This document shows, piece after piece, positions 8,280 through 15,860 of a stretch of DNA of 24,000 nucleotides. The translations under genes were made by a program, and so were the position numbers. Where the stretch lies: assembly GCA_024236015.1 (NCBI GenBank), contig JACKLK010000007.1, positions 154,057-178,056 on the forward strand, given 5' to 3'. The notes beneath the pieces were generated by a model. It was not told the origin of the DNA, made no database searches, and saw only the letters and a program-made list of their open reading frames with translations. How positions within the stretch are numbered: the stretch's first letter is position 1; every line of letters starts with the position of its first letter. The stretch comes from Rhodoferax sp. (GTDB lineage Bacteria > Pseudomonadota > Gammaproteobacteria > Burkholderiales > Burkholderiaceae_C).

Positions 8280-8426
8280 AAAGTGGACCCGCGGACACTC
8301 TTATGCGACCGCATAGTTGCTCAGCTAGACGAAGGGCAACATCGAGGGACGCCGAGGAGCATATCCCCGGACATTTGTCTCACATGCCATGAAACATGGC
8401 AAAAAATCTGTCTGCGAGTCCACATT
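8280..8426 (-). ncRNA. candidate retron msr-msd non-coding RNA
   Basis: On the minus strand, 5'-GTGGACTCGC (8423->8414) pairs with GCGGGTCCAC-3' (8292->8283): 10 bp including one G-U. The stem extends to 13 positions (AAT.../...TTT, one U-U mismatch). It ends 18 nt before the RT ATG. It is followed by A-G (candidate branching G at 8412 or 8408) and AGAUUUUUUG, then a 7-bp hairpin TGCCATG-TTT-CATGGCA (8384-8400), then small hairpins GTTGC/GCAAC (8318-8322 with 8336-8340) and TATGCG/CGCATA (8302-8315). A TAAGAT -10-like hexamer at 8431-8436 lies about 7 nt upstream of the stem. No experimental or covariance-model support is available here. Confidence 0.4.
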
Positions 8427-8755
8427 GATCTTAGCAGGACCGGCCAGGCCCCCAGTGCCTAGGCAAAGAGTAAGTCCATGCTGTAATCGTGAAGGTCGGA
8501 GCCAAGTTTGGCAGGGTTGCCCGCAGACGTGGCTACCGCATGGCCCCTGGCGACGTAAGCAGCCTGACCATGTTCCGTGACTGTCCAATTGCGCCAGCAG
8601 CCGCAACAGACTCAGGGCCGACTTAAGGGCTGCAATCAGTCTGAAGCGGCCACTCGACCGGCGCCGACCCAGAACAACATAGGCCGGGACCGGCTTCCTT
8701 CAATCCATACATCAAACTGCCACTTGCAGCCAGAGCGGCAGGCCAAGCTCCACCC

Positions 8756-10375
8756 TCACCGCCCCGCCGCCCGCAACGTCCGACTAAGCATCACCACCGG
8801 AATCAAGCCCACCAGCACCAGCGCCAGCGACGGCAGCGCCGCTTCGCCCAGGCGTTCGTCGCGCGCCAGCTGATAGGCCACCACCGCCAGCGTGTCGGAG
8901 TCGAACGGGCGCAGCACCAGCGTGGCGGGCAGCTCTTTCATCACGTCGACGAACACCAGCAGCGCCGCCGCGGCGGTCGAGCGCCGCAGCAGTGGCCAGT
9001 GCACGCGGCGCATCAGTTCCAGGCCGGCTGCGCCCAGGGTGCGGGCGGAGTCGTCGAAGCTCGGCGGGATGCGGGTGTAGCCGCTTTGTACCGACTGCAA
9101 CGCCACCGCGCAGAACCGCACCAGGTAGGCCCAGACCAGGCCGAACGAGGTGGCGGTGACCAAGGTGGCCACGCCCAGGCCGGGTGCGGCGGCCTGCAGC
9201 CAGCCCACCGGCAGCAACACGCCGACGACGATCACCGCGCCGGGCACGGCGTAACCGAGGCCGACCAGTTGCACCACGGCGCGGGTCACCGCGTCCTTCG
9301 AGCGCCGCAACGCGAACGCCAGCGACACGGCAATACCCACCGCCAGCACCGCCGTGACCAGGCCCAGCCGCAGGCTGTTGCCCGCCCACTCGGCGAACCG
9401 GTCCCAGGCCAGCAGGTCCCAGTCGGCCATCAGCGGGCGGAACATGAACAGCACCGGCAGCAGGAAGCCCGCCAGCACCGGCACGCCGCACACCAGCCAG
9501 GCCAGCGCCAGCGCGCCGCCGCGTAGCCGCACCGGCTGCGCATCGGAAGCGCCGGCGCGCGCGCCGCGGCTGCTGTCGAAACGCGCGCGGCGCCGGGCGC
9601 GTTGTTCCAGGTGCAGCAGCAAAACGACCAGCACCAGCAACATGGTGGCCAGCTGCGCCGCGGCGAGCCGGTTGTCCATGGCCAGCCAGGCCTTGTAGAT
9701 GCCGGCGGTGAAGGTCTGGATGCCGAAATAACTGACCACGCCGAAGTCGGCCAGCGTCTCCATCAGCGCCAGTGCCACACCGGCGGCCACCGCCGGCCGG
9801 GCCAGCGGCAAGGCCACCTCGCGGATGCGCCGCGACAAGGGTGCGCCGAGCAGCCGCGCGGCCTCCATCAGGTGGGCGGCGCGTTCGCTCAGCGCACTGC
9901 GCGCGAGCAGGTAGACATACGGGTACAACGCGAACGTGAACACCCAGGCCGCCCCACCCAGGCTGCGCACCTCCGGCAACATGCGCCCTTCCAGGCCGGT
10001 CCAGGCGCGCAGGCTGGTCTGCAGCGGGCCGCCGAACTGCAGGAAGTCGGTATACGCATACGCCACCACGTAGGCCGGCATCGCCAGCGGCAGCAGCAGC
10101 GCCCACTCCAGCGTGCGCCGGCCGGCAAAGTCGAACAGGGTCACGGCCGCGGCCGTGGCCGAACCCACGACGATGACGCCGACGCCGACCAGCACGCACA
10201 GCGCCACCGTGGTCCACAGGTAGTCGGGCAGCACGGTGCGCGACATCTCGGCCAGGATCTGCGCATTGGTCGCGTCCCACTGCAGCCAGGACGCGAGCAC
10301 GGCCAGCACCGGCAGGCACAGCAATACGGCAAGCAGAACGAAAGCGGATGGGACGAGGAGCCGACGCAGCGGCAT
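8756..10375 (-). CDS. iron(III)-type ABC transporter permease, two fused MetI-like domains (FbpB/AfuB-like)
   Basis: 539-aa track ORF with ATG at 10375. Very hydrophobic, with a duplicated ABC-permease architecture (...LMETLADFGVVSYFG... and ...VDVMKELPATLVLRPF... EAA-like loops). Divergent from an FbpC/PotA-like ATPase. Confidence 0.85.
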   Translation of the reverse strand: MPLRRLLVPSAFVLLAVLLCLPVLAVLASWLQWDATNAQILAEMSRTVLPDYLWTTVALCVLVGVGVIVVGSATAAAVTLFDFAGRRTLEWALLLPLAMPAYVVAYAYTDFLQFGGPLQTSLRAWTGLEGRMLPEVRSLGGAAWVFTFALYPYVYLLARSALSERAAHLMEAARLLGAPLSRRIREVALPLARPAVAAGVALALMETLADFGVVSYFGIQTFTAGIYKAWLAMDNRLAAAQLATMLLVLVVLLLHLEQRARRRARFDSSRGARAGASDAQPVRLRGGALALAWLVCGVPVLAGFLLPVLFMFRPLMADWDLLAWDRFAEWAGNSLRLGLVTAVLAVGIAVSLAFALRRSKDAVTRAVVQLVGLGYAVPGAVIVVGVLLPVGWLQAAAPGLGVATLVTATSFGLVWAYLVRFCAVALQSVQSGYTRIPPSFDDSARTLGAAGLELMRRVHWPLLRRSTAAAALLVFVDVMKELPATLVLRPFDSDTLAVVAYQLARDERLGEAALPSLALVLVGLIPVVMLSRTLRAAGR

Positions 10376-10398
10376 GAGGGGAACCGATCAGGAGCAGG

Positions 10399-10417
10399 TT
10401 AAATGAGAATTGTATTC
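10399..10417. promoter_or_regulatory. Fur-box-like operator in the divergent ABC transporter promoter
   Basis: An AT-rich patch ttaaatgagaattgtattcatctagaatcgat sits in a 57-bp intergenic region of otherwise very GC-rich DNA. Positions 10399-10417 match GATAATGATAATCATTATC at 11/19 by my alignment, including the AATGAGAAT core. Context: iron-type ABC importer genes on both sides. Confidence 0.35.
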
Positions 10418-10432
10418 ATCTAGAATCGATGC

Positions 10433-11635
10433 ATGTTTCTCGAAGTCGCCCAGTTGCAGGTGCGGTACGCGGGCGCAGCCAAGCCGGCTGTGCACGACGT
10501 CTCGTTCGGCCTGCAGGCCGGCGAGATCGGCGTGCTGATCGGCCCCTCGGGCTGCGGCAAGACGACCCTGCTGCGCGCCGTGGCCGGGCTCGAATCCGCC
10601 GATGCCGGCACGATCCGGCTCGGCGACGTACAGGTCAGCGGCCCGCGGCAGCATGTGCCGGCGGAGGCCCGGCGCATCGGCATGGTGTTCCAGGACTACG
10701 CGTTGTTCCCGCACCTGGACGTGGGCCGCAACGTGGCCTTCGGCATCCACCAGCTGCCGCGCGCCCAGCGCCAGGCGCGCGTGGCCGAGGTGCTGGAACT
10801 CGTCGGCCTGGCCGGCTACGAGAGCCGATTCGCGCACGAACTCTCGGGCGGCCAGCAGCAACGCGTGGCCCTGGCCCGCGCGCTGGCGCCGGCGCCGCAG
10901 CTGCTGCTGCTCGACGAACCGTTCTCCAACCTCGACGTCGACCTGCGCGAGCGGCTGGCGATCGAGGTGCGCGCCATCCTCAAGGCGGCCAACGCGACCG
11001 CGCTGTTCGTCACGCATGACCAGCTCGAGGCCTTCGCCGTCGGCGACCGCATCGGCGTGATGCAGGACGGCGCGCTGCACCAGTGGGACGACGCCTACAC
11101 GCTGTACCACCGGCCGGCCACGCGTTTCGTCGCCGACTTCATCGGCCACGGCGTGTTCACGCCGGCGACCATCCGCGAGGTGGACGGCCAGGTCGTCGTG
11201 CACACCGCGCTCGGCGACCTGACCGACATCGCCGAATGCCCGCTGCCCTGCGCCTTCGAGGCCGGGCAATGCGACGTGTTGCTGCGCGCCGACGACATCG
11301 TGCACGACGACGCCGCGCCGGTGAAGGCGCAGATCGTGCGCAAGGCCTTCCGCGGCTCGGAGTTCCTCTACACCTTGCGCCTGCGCAGCGGCGAGACCGT
11401 GCTGGCGCATGTGCCCAGCCACCACGACCACCGGGTCGGCGAATGGATCGGCATCCGCGCCGAGGTCGACCACGTGGTCACGTTCGACCGCGCCTGCCCC
11501 GTCGACCAGCGTGCGATGTGCCAGCTGCCGTGCCAGGCCCGCGAGGGTGGCGACTGCGAGCGCATCGTGCCCGACGCCGTCGTCAGCCCGCCGGTGTCGT
11601 TGACCGCGTCGCGCCACACCCCGCTGCAATCCTGA
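10433..11635 (+). CDS. ABC transporter ATP-binding protein (FbpC/PotA-like, iron(III) import type)
   Basis: 400-aa track ORF with Walker A GPSGCGKTT, signature LSGGQQQRVALARAL, Walker B LLLLDEPFSNLD and H-loop FVTHDQ. It has a C-terminal TOBE-like extension. Confidence 0.9.
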   Translation: MFLEVAQLQVRYAGAAKPAVHDVSFGLQAGEIGVLIGPSGCGKTTLLRAVAGLESADAGTIRLGDVQVSGPRQHVPAEARRIGMVFQDYALFPHLDVGRNVAFGIHQLPRAQRQARVAEVLELVGLAGYESRFAHELSGGQQQRVALARALAPAPQLLLLDEPFSNLDVDLRERLAIEVRAILKAANATALFVTHDQLEAFAVGDRIGVMQDGALHQWDDAYTLYHRPATRFVADFIGHGVFTPATIREVDGQVVVHTALGDLTDIAECPLPCAFEAGQCDVLLRADDIVHDDAAPVKAQIVRKAFRGSEFLYTLRLRSGETVLAHVPSHHDHRVGEWIGIRAEVDHVVTFDRACPVDQRAMCQLPCQAREGGDCERIVPDAVVSPPVSLTASRHTPLQS

Positions 11636-11746
11636 GGCGGCGGCGCGCCGTGTGCGCGCGGTGGAGTCCGCAAACCGGACATCCGGCACAGCGCGGGTGC
11701 CAGCGCAGCATTTGCCGCGCAGATTCCGGGTCTGACCCACGAGGCC

Positions 11747-12526
11747 TCAGGACCAGCCCGCGTCGACGACGAACTCCTGGGCGGTGATCATGCGCGCGGT
11801 ATCGGCCGCCAGGAACATCACCATGTGCGCGATGTCGGTGCCCACCAGCCGCCCGCCCAGGCACTGGTTGCGCTCCAGCTCGCGTTCGCCCTGTTCGTCC
11901 AGCCACAGGCTCACCTGGCGCTCGGTCATGACCCAGCCCGGCACCACGCAATTGACGCGGATGTTGTCGCGGCCCAGTTCGCCGGCCAGCACCCGGGTGA
12001 AACCCAGCATCGCCGACTTGCAGCTCGCATAGACCGCATAACCGGCGCCCTTGATCTTCCAGCTCACCGAACCCAGGTTGACGATCGCACCGCCGCCCCG
12101 CGCACGCATGCCGGGCAGCACCGCCTGCGCCGCGAAAAAATGCGGCCGGAAGTTGACCGCCACCCGTTGGTCGAAATACGCTGGCGTCACGTCCTCGATC
12201 GCGTGGCGGTCGTCGTTGGCCACGTTGTTGACCAGCACGTCGAACCCGCCGACCGGCCCGGCCAGCGTGGTGATGGCCTGGCGCAATGCGGCGACGTCGG
12301 TGACGTCGCAGGCGGCGAAGAAGACCTGCTCGTGCGCATCGGCCAGTGCCTGGCCGGCCACCGCGTCGCGGTCGACGAAGCCGACGCGGCATCCCTGGGC
12401 CGCGAAGCCCCGCACGATGTCGGCGCCGATGCCGCTGGCGCCTCCGGTGACCAGCACGCCCTGGCCACGCAGGCTGTGGAAGACGACACCGGCAAAGTCG
12501 ACGGCGGGGATGGCGGGGTGCGGCAT
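11747..12526 (-). CDS. SDR family oxidoreductase (short-chain dehydrogenase/reductase)
   Basis: Part of track ORF 11747..12724. The real start is likely ATG 12526 (MPHPAIPAVDFAGVV...), with GGAG about 10 nt upstream. Motifs: TGGASGIG, NNVAN, and Y-x3-K in YASCKSA. Confidence 0.85.
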   Translation of the reverse strand: MPHPAIPAVDFAGVVFHSLRGQGVLVTGGASGIGADIVRGFAAQGCRVGFVDRDAVAGQALADAHEQVFFAACDVTDVAALRQAITTLAGPVGGFDVLVNNVANDDRHAIEDVTPAYFDQRVAVNFRPHFFAAQAVLPGMRARGGGAIVNLGSVSWKIKGAGYAVYASCKSAMLGFTRVLAGELGRDNIRVNCVVPGWVMTERQVSLWLDEQGERELERNQCLGGRLVGTDIAHMVMFLAADTARMITAQEFVVDAGWS

Positions 12527-12711
12527 GGCGTTCGGGCTCCGGGCGGTTCGGGGATCGGTCCGCGCATGGTAGCCGCTCGCCCTGCCGATGCGTGGCGATG
12601 TGCCGCGATGCGCCGCGTGCAGCGGCATGGCGCCGCCGACTATCATCGACGCGGTCGCACGGCGGACACGCACCGCGCGCCGGCCTCCCTCCCCCCGCTG
12701 CTTTCCCACCC

Positions 12712-14043
12712 ATGACGCGCCCACCCACCGGATCGACGACTGCCGTCAGCCACCGCACGATCCTGGGCATTGCGGTGCCGATCATGTTGTCCAACGTGTC
12801 GACCCCGCTGCTGGGCGCCATCGACACCGCGGTCGTCGGCCAGATCCCCGATCCGGCCCACATCGGCGCGGTGGCGGTCGGCTCGCTGGTGTTCACCTTC
12901 CTGTTCTGGGCCTTCGGTTTCCTGCGCATGGGCACGACCGGCCTGACCGCGCAGGCGCTGGGCGCGCAGGATGCCGACGAGATGGTCGCCGCGCTGGGCC
13001 GCGCGCTGCTCGTGGCCGCGCTGGCCGGCGCCGGCATGGTGGTGCTGCAATGGCCGATCCGCGAGACGGCGTTCGCGCTGCTGGAGGCCAGCGACGCGGT
13101 CGAAGGGCTGGGCCGCAGCTATTTCGACATCCGCATCTGGGCGGCGCCGGCAACGCTGGCCAACTACGCCTTGCTGGGCTGGTTCATCGGCCTGGGCCGC
13201 ACCGACATCGCGCTGGTGCTGCAACTGCTGCTGAACCTGACCAACATCGTGCTCGACCTGTGGTTCGTCCTCGGCCTGGGCTGGGGCGTGCCCGGCGTGG
13301 CCGCCGGCACCGTGCTGGCCGAGGTGCTGGCCGCGACGGTCGGCGTGCTGATTGCGCTGCGCCATGCGCGCGGCATGGGCGCGCGCTGGGAGCCGCAGCG
13401 GCTGCTGGCGCCGGCGCAACTCAAGCGCACCCTGGTCGTCAACAGCGACATCATGGTGCGTTCGCTGGCGCTGATCTTCGTCTTCGTCTGGTTCATGGCC
13501 CAGGGCGCGGCGCAGGGCGACGTGCGGCTGGCGGCCAACGCGGTGCTGATGCAGTTCATCTCCATCAGTGCGTATTTCCTCGACGGGCTGGCGTTCGCCG
13601 CCGAAGCCCTGGTCGGGCGGGCCGTGGGCGCGATGCGCCGTGGCGCACTGGCGGCCGCGGCCACGATGACCAGCATCTGGGCCGGCGCCATCGCGGCGCT
13701 GATGTCGCTGGCCTTGTGGCTGCTGGGCCCGACGCTGATCGACCTGCTCAGTGTCGACGCCGCGGTGCGCGAAGCCGCGCGCACCTACCTGCCCTGGGCT
13801 GCCGGCGCGCCGCTGCTCGGCGTGTGGGCGTTCCAGCTCGACGGCATCTTCATCGGCGCCACGCGCACCGCCGACATGCGCAACGCCATGCTGGTGTCGA
13901 GCGCCATCTTCGTGCTGGCCTGGTGGCTGCTGCTGCCCTGGGAAAACCATGGACTGTGGGCCGCGCTGTACGTGAACTACCTGGCGCGCACGGCGACGCT
14001 GCTGTGGCACTACCCGGCGCTGTTGCGCTCGGTGCCGGACTGA
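12712..14043 (+). CDS. dinF: MATE family efflux transporter (DinF-like)
   Basis: Part of track ORF 12592..14043; ATG at 12712 (MTRPPTGSTTAVSHRTILGIAVPIMLSNVSTPLLGAIDTAVVGQ...). A 12-TM-type sequence typical of DinF-class MATE pumps, 443 aa. Confidence 0.8.
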   Translation: MTRPPTGSTTAVSHRTILGIAVPIMLSNVSTPLLGAIDTAVVGQIPDPAHIGAVAVGSLVFTFLFWAFGFLRMGTTGLTAQALGAQDADEMVAALGRALLVAALAGAGMVVLQWPIRETAFALLEASDAVEGLGRSYFDIRIWAAPATLANYALLGWFIGLGRTDIALVLQLLLNLTNIVLDLWFVLGLGWGVPGVAAGTVLAEVLAATVGVLIALRHARGMGARWEPQRLLAPAQLKRTLVVNSDIMVRSLALIFVFVWFMAQGAAQGDVRLAANAVLMQFISISAYFLDGLAFAAEALVGRAVGAMRRGALAAAATMTSIWAGAIAALMSLALWLLGPTLIDLLSVDAAVREAARTYLPWAAGAPLLGVWAFQLDGIFIGATRTADMRNAMLVSSAIFVLAWWLLLPWENHGLWAALYVNYLARTATLLWHYPALLRSVPD

Positions 14044-14122
14044 CGCCCTGCCGCGTTCGCGCGTCGCGACCGCGGCTTCCTACAATGGTTGCGATACCGA
14101 TGACCGCTGCAAGGAGGAAAAC

Positions 14123-14914
14123 ATGATCGTCGAACGCATCTGGACCGGCAACGCCTACCGCAACTACAACTACCTGATCGCCTGCCCCGAGACCGGCGAG
14201 GCGCTGGCCATCGATCCGCTGGACCACGAGAAATGCCTGACCGCGGCCAAGGTGCGCGGCTGGCAGATCACGCAACTGCTCAACACCCACGAACACCAGG
14301 ACCACACCGGTGGCAACGACGCCATCGTCGCGGCCACCGGTGCCAAGGTCATCGCCCACCACAAGGCCGGCGGCAAGATCGCCGGCATGGACCGCGGCGT
14401 CAAGGCCGGCGACGTCATCAAGGTCGGCAAGACGGTCGAGCTCGAATGCCTGGACACCCCCGGCCACACCATGTGCCACATCTGCCTGCGTTCGCACACC
14501 GAGCAGCCGGCGCTGTTCTCGGGCGACACGCTGTTCAACGCCGGCGCCGGCAACTGCCACAACGGCGGCAACGTCGACGACATGTACACCAGCTTCGTCG
14601 ACCAGCTGGCCAAGCTGCCGGAGAACACCCAGGTCTACCCCGGCCACGACTACATCGAGAACAACCTGAAGTTCACGCTCGACCGCGAACCCGACAACAA
14701 CGCCGCCCAGGCGCTGCTGCCCAAGGTCGCGGACCACGACCCGGCCACGTCCATCGTGACCACACTGGCCCAGGAGAAGCAGCACAACACCTTCTTCCGG
14801 CTCGCCAGCCCGAGCGTGATTGCGCGGCTGCGCGAGAAATTCCCCGACCTGCCGGAGAACCCGGACGCGCGGCTGGTGTTCACCCGGCTGCGCGAGCTGC
14901 GCAACAGCTGGTAG
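14123..14914 (+). CDS. gloB: hydroxyacylglutathione hydrolase (glyoxalase II, MBL fold)
   Basis: 263-aa track ORF with metal motif THEHQDHTGG and later TPGHT and GDTLF. aaggagg lies 5 nt upstream of the ATG. Confidence 0.9.
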   Translation: MIVERIWTGNAYRNYNYLIACPETGEALAIDPLDHEKCLTAAKVRGWQITQLLNTHEHQDHTGGNDAIVAATGAKVIAHHKAGGKIAGMDRGVKAGDVIKVGKTVELECLDTPGHTMCHICLRSHTEQPALFSGDTLFNAGAGNCHNGGNVDDMYTSFVDQLAKLPENTQVYPGHDYIENNLKFTLDREPDNNAAQALLPKVADHDPATSIVTTLAQEKQHNTFFRLASPSVIARLREKFPDLPENPDARLVFTRLRELRNSW

Positions 14915-14940
14915 CCGCCACCACGACCACGCCGGCAAGC

Positions 14941-15597
14941 ATGCAACACGACGCGGCGCTGCGGGAATCGGTCGCCGCGGCGCTGCGCCAGTTTCCGGTA
15001 CAGGCCCAGCCCGACGGCCTGCACGGCCGCGCGGCGGTGGCACTGGTGATCTCCCAGGCCGGATTCGGCGCGGCATGGGGCGGCCTGCCGCGGCATGCGC
15101 AGTGGAGCACCGAAGCGGCCATGATCCTGACCCGGCGCGCCACGCACCTGCGCCGCCACGCCAACCAGTGGGCCCTGCCCGGCGGGCGCATCGACGCCAG
15201 CGAAACACCCGAGCAGGCCGCACTGCGCGAGTTGCGCGAGGAAGTGGCGCTGGAACTGCCACCGGATGCGGTGCTGGGCCGCCTCGACGACTACGCCACC
15301 CGCTCCGGTTTCGCCATCACGCCGGTCGTGCTCTGGGCCATGGACGCCCGCACCATGGTCGCCAACCCGGACGAAGTCGCCTCCATCCACCGCATCGCAC
15401 TGGAAGAGTTCCTGCGCCCGGACGCACCCATGCTCGAGCACGGCCTACACGCACAACCGGTGCTGCGCATGCCGGTCGGCGACAACTGGATCGCGGCGCC
15501 CACGGCGGCCTTCCTGTACCAGTTCCGCGAGGTCTGTCTGTGCGGGCGCCTGACCCGCGTCGCGCATTTCGAGCAGCCGGAGTTCGCCTGGCGGTGA
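14941..15597 (+). CDS. NUDIX hydrolase (CoA pyrophosphatase-like)
   Basis: In-frame ATG 14941 within track ORF 14233..15597 (MQHDAALRESVAAAL...). The NUDIX box is GGRIDASETPEQAALRELREEVAL. Confidence 0.8.
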   Translation: MQHDAALRESVAAALRQFPVQAQPDGLHGRAAVALVISQAGFGAAWGGLPRHAQWSTEAAMILTRRATHLRRHANQWALPGGRIDASETPEQAALRELREEVALELPPDAVLGRLDDYATRSGFAITPVVLWAMDARTMVANPDEVASIHRIALEEFLRPDAPMLEHGLHAQPVLRMPVGDNWIAAPTAAFLYQFREVCLCGRLTRVAHFEQPEFAWR

Positions 15598-15719
15598 GTG
15601 CGGGTTTCGGGCCGAGGCGACTGCGACAGCGGCCGCTTCAGCAAAGACCAAACCTCGTCAGGGCTACGGCACGTAGGCCTGACAAGCTCGCACCCCCTGC
15701 TTCAGGCCACCGGAATGAT

Positions 15720-15860
15720 CTCAGCCCCGTTCATACAGCAGGTCGCTCAGCGCCTGCTTCAAGGACGGCAGAGTCGTAGCCGTGGATGATGCGACAAACT
15801 CCTGGGCAAGCGCAATGGCACCCAGTGCATCAACCAGCAGCTTGGGCGTCTTGTCGGTCA
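15720..15860 (-). pseudogene. probable truncated HEPN (DUF86) toxin remnant downstream of the MNT gene
   Basis: My own translation from ATG 15860 gives MTDKTPKLLVDALGAIALAQEFVASSTATTLPSLKQALSDLLYERG*, 46 aa, below the track cut-off. It overlaps the MNT 3' end by 31 nt, as HEPN/MNT pairs do. The N-terminus resembles DUF86, but no RxxxxH motif appears in any downstream frame. Confidence 0.35.

Larger units (their letters stand above)
2444..8755. other. lower-GC accessory (defence) island carrying SIR2-APAZ-pAgo and an RT-TOPRIM retron
   Basis: Bounded by the ZIP gene start (2398/2443) and the permease stop (8756). Hand-counted lines give 50% GC (4381-4440) and 43% (7261-7320) against 73% (9001-9060). 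Codon third positions are not GC-saturated inside the island, unlike the flanks. No integrase, tRNA or terminal direct repeat recognised. Confidence 0.6.

Noticed and set aside
8384-8406. Hairpin tgccatg-aaa-catggca plus A6 as an intrinsic terminator
   Set aside because: The T/U run is on the wrong side for both strands: A-run after the stem on +, U-run before the stem on -. It is better explained as an msr stem-loop preceded by a U-rich linker.
8325-8606. 93-aa ORF (-) and 63-aa ORF (8389..8580 +) upstream of the RT as possible retron accessory genes
   Set aside because: The predicted sequences are Cys/Gly/Arg/Pro-rich and look implausible. They have no RBS and overlap the proposed msr-msd. 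Ec67-type retrons need no separate effector because TOPRIM is fused to the RT.
8628-8731. 8-nt inverted repeat ggctgcaa (8628-8635) / ttgcagcc (8724-8731) as alternative a1/a2 arms
   Set aside because: An exact 8-mer inverted repeat is expected by chance about once or twice in 500 nt. It does not extend, and it lies more than 360 nt from the RT start, unlike the 8283-8292/8414-8423 pair.
2444-8755. Terminal direct repeats, att sites, tRNA or integrase marking island ends
   Set aside because: I compared about 120 nt at each end by eye and found only trivial 5-6 nt matches. No tRNA-like cloverleaf or recombinase ORF is present. The boundaries are therefore defined only by composition and flanking genes.
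8784-10319. 511-aa ORF (-) and plus-strand ORFs 8999..9526, 9354..9698, 9602..10402
   Set aside because: These are off-frame or antisense shadows of the permease gene. They are Arg/Gly/Ala/His-rich with no TM pattern or motifs.
10388-14126. Long ORFs 10388..11740 (-), 11583..13037 (-), 12588..14126 (+), 12643..14010 (-), 11825..12715 (+)
   Set aside because: These are antisense or alternative frames of the ABC ATPase, SDR and MATE genes, each of which has clear family motifs in the chosen frame. The rejected frames have biased Arg/Ala/Gly/Pro/His composition.
13850-15779. ORFs 13850..15262 (-), 14820..15779 (+), 14650..15441 (-) and the N-terminal part of 14233..15597 (+)
   Set aside because: These are shadows over gloB and the NUDIX gene. 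The NUDIX protein starts at the in-frame ATG 14941, after the gloB stop.
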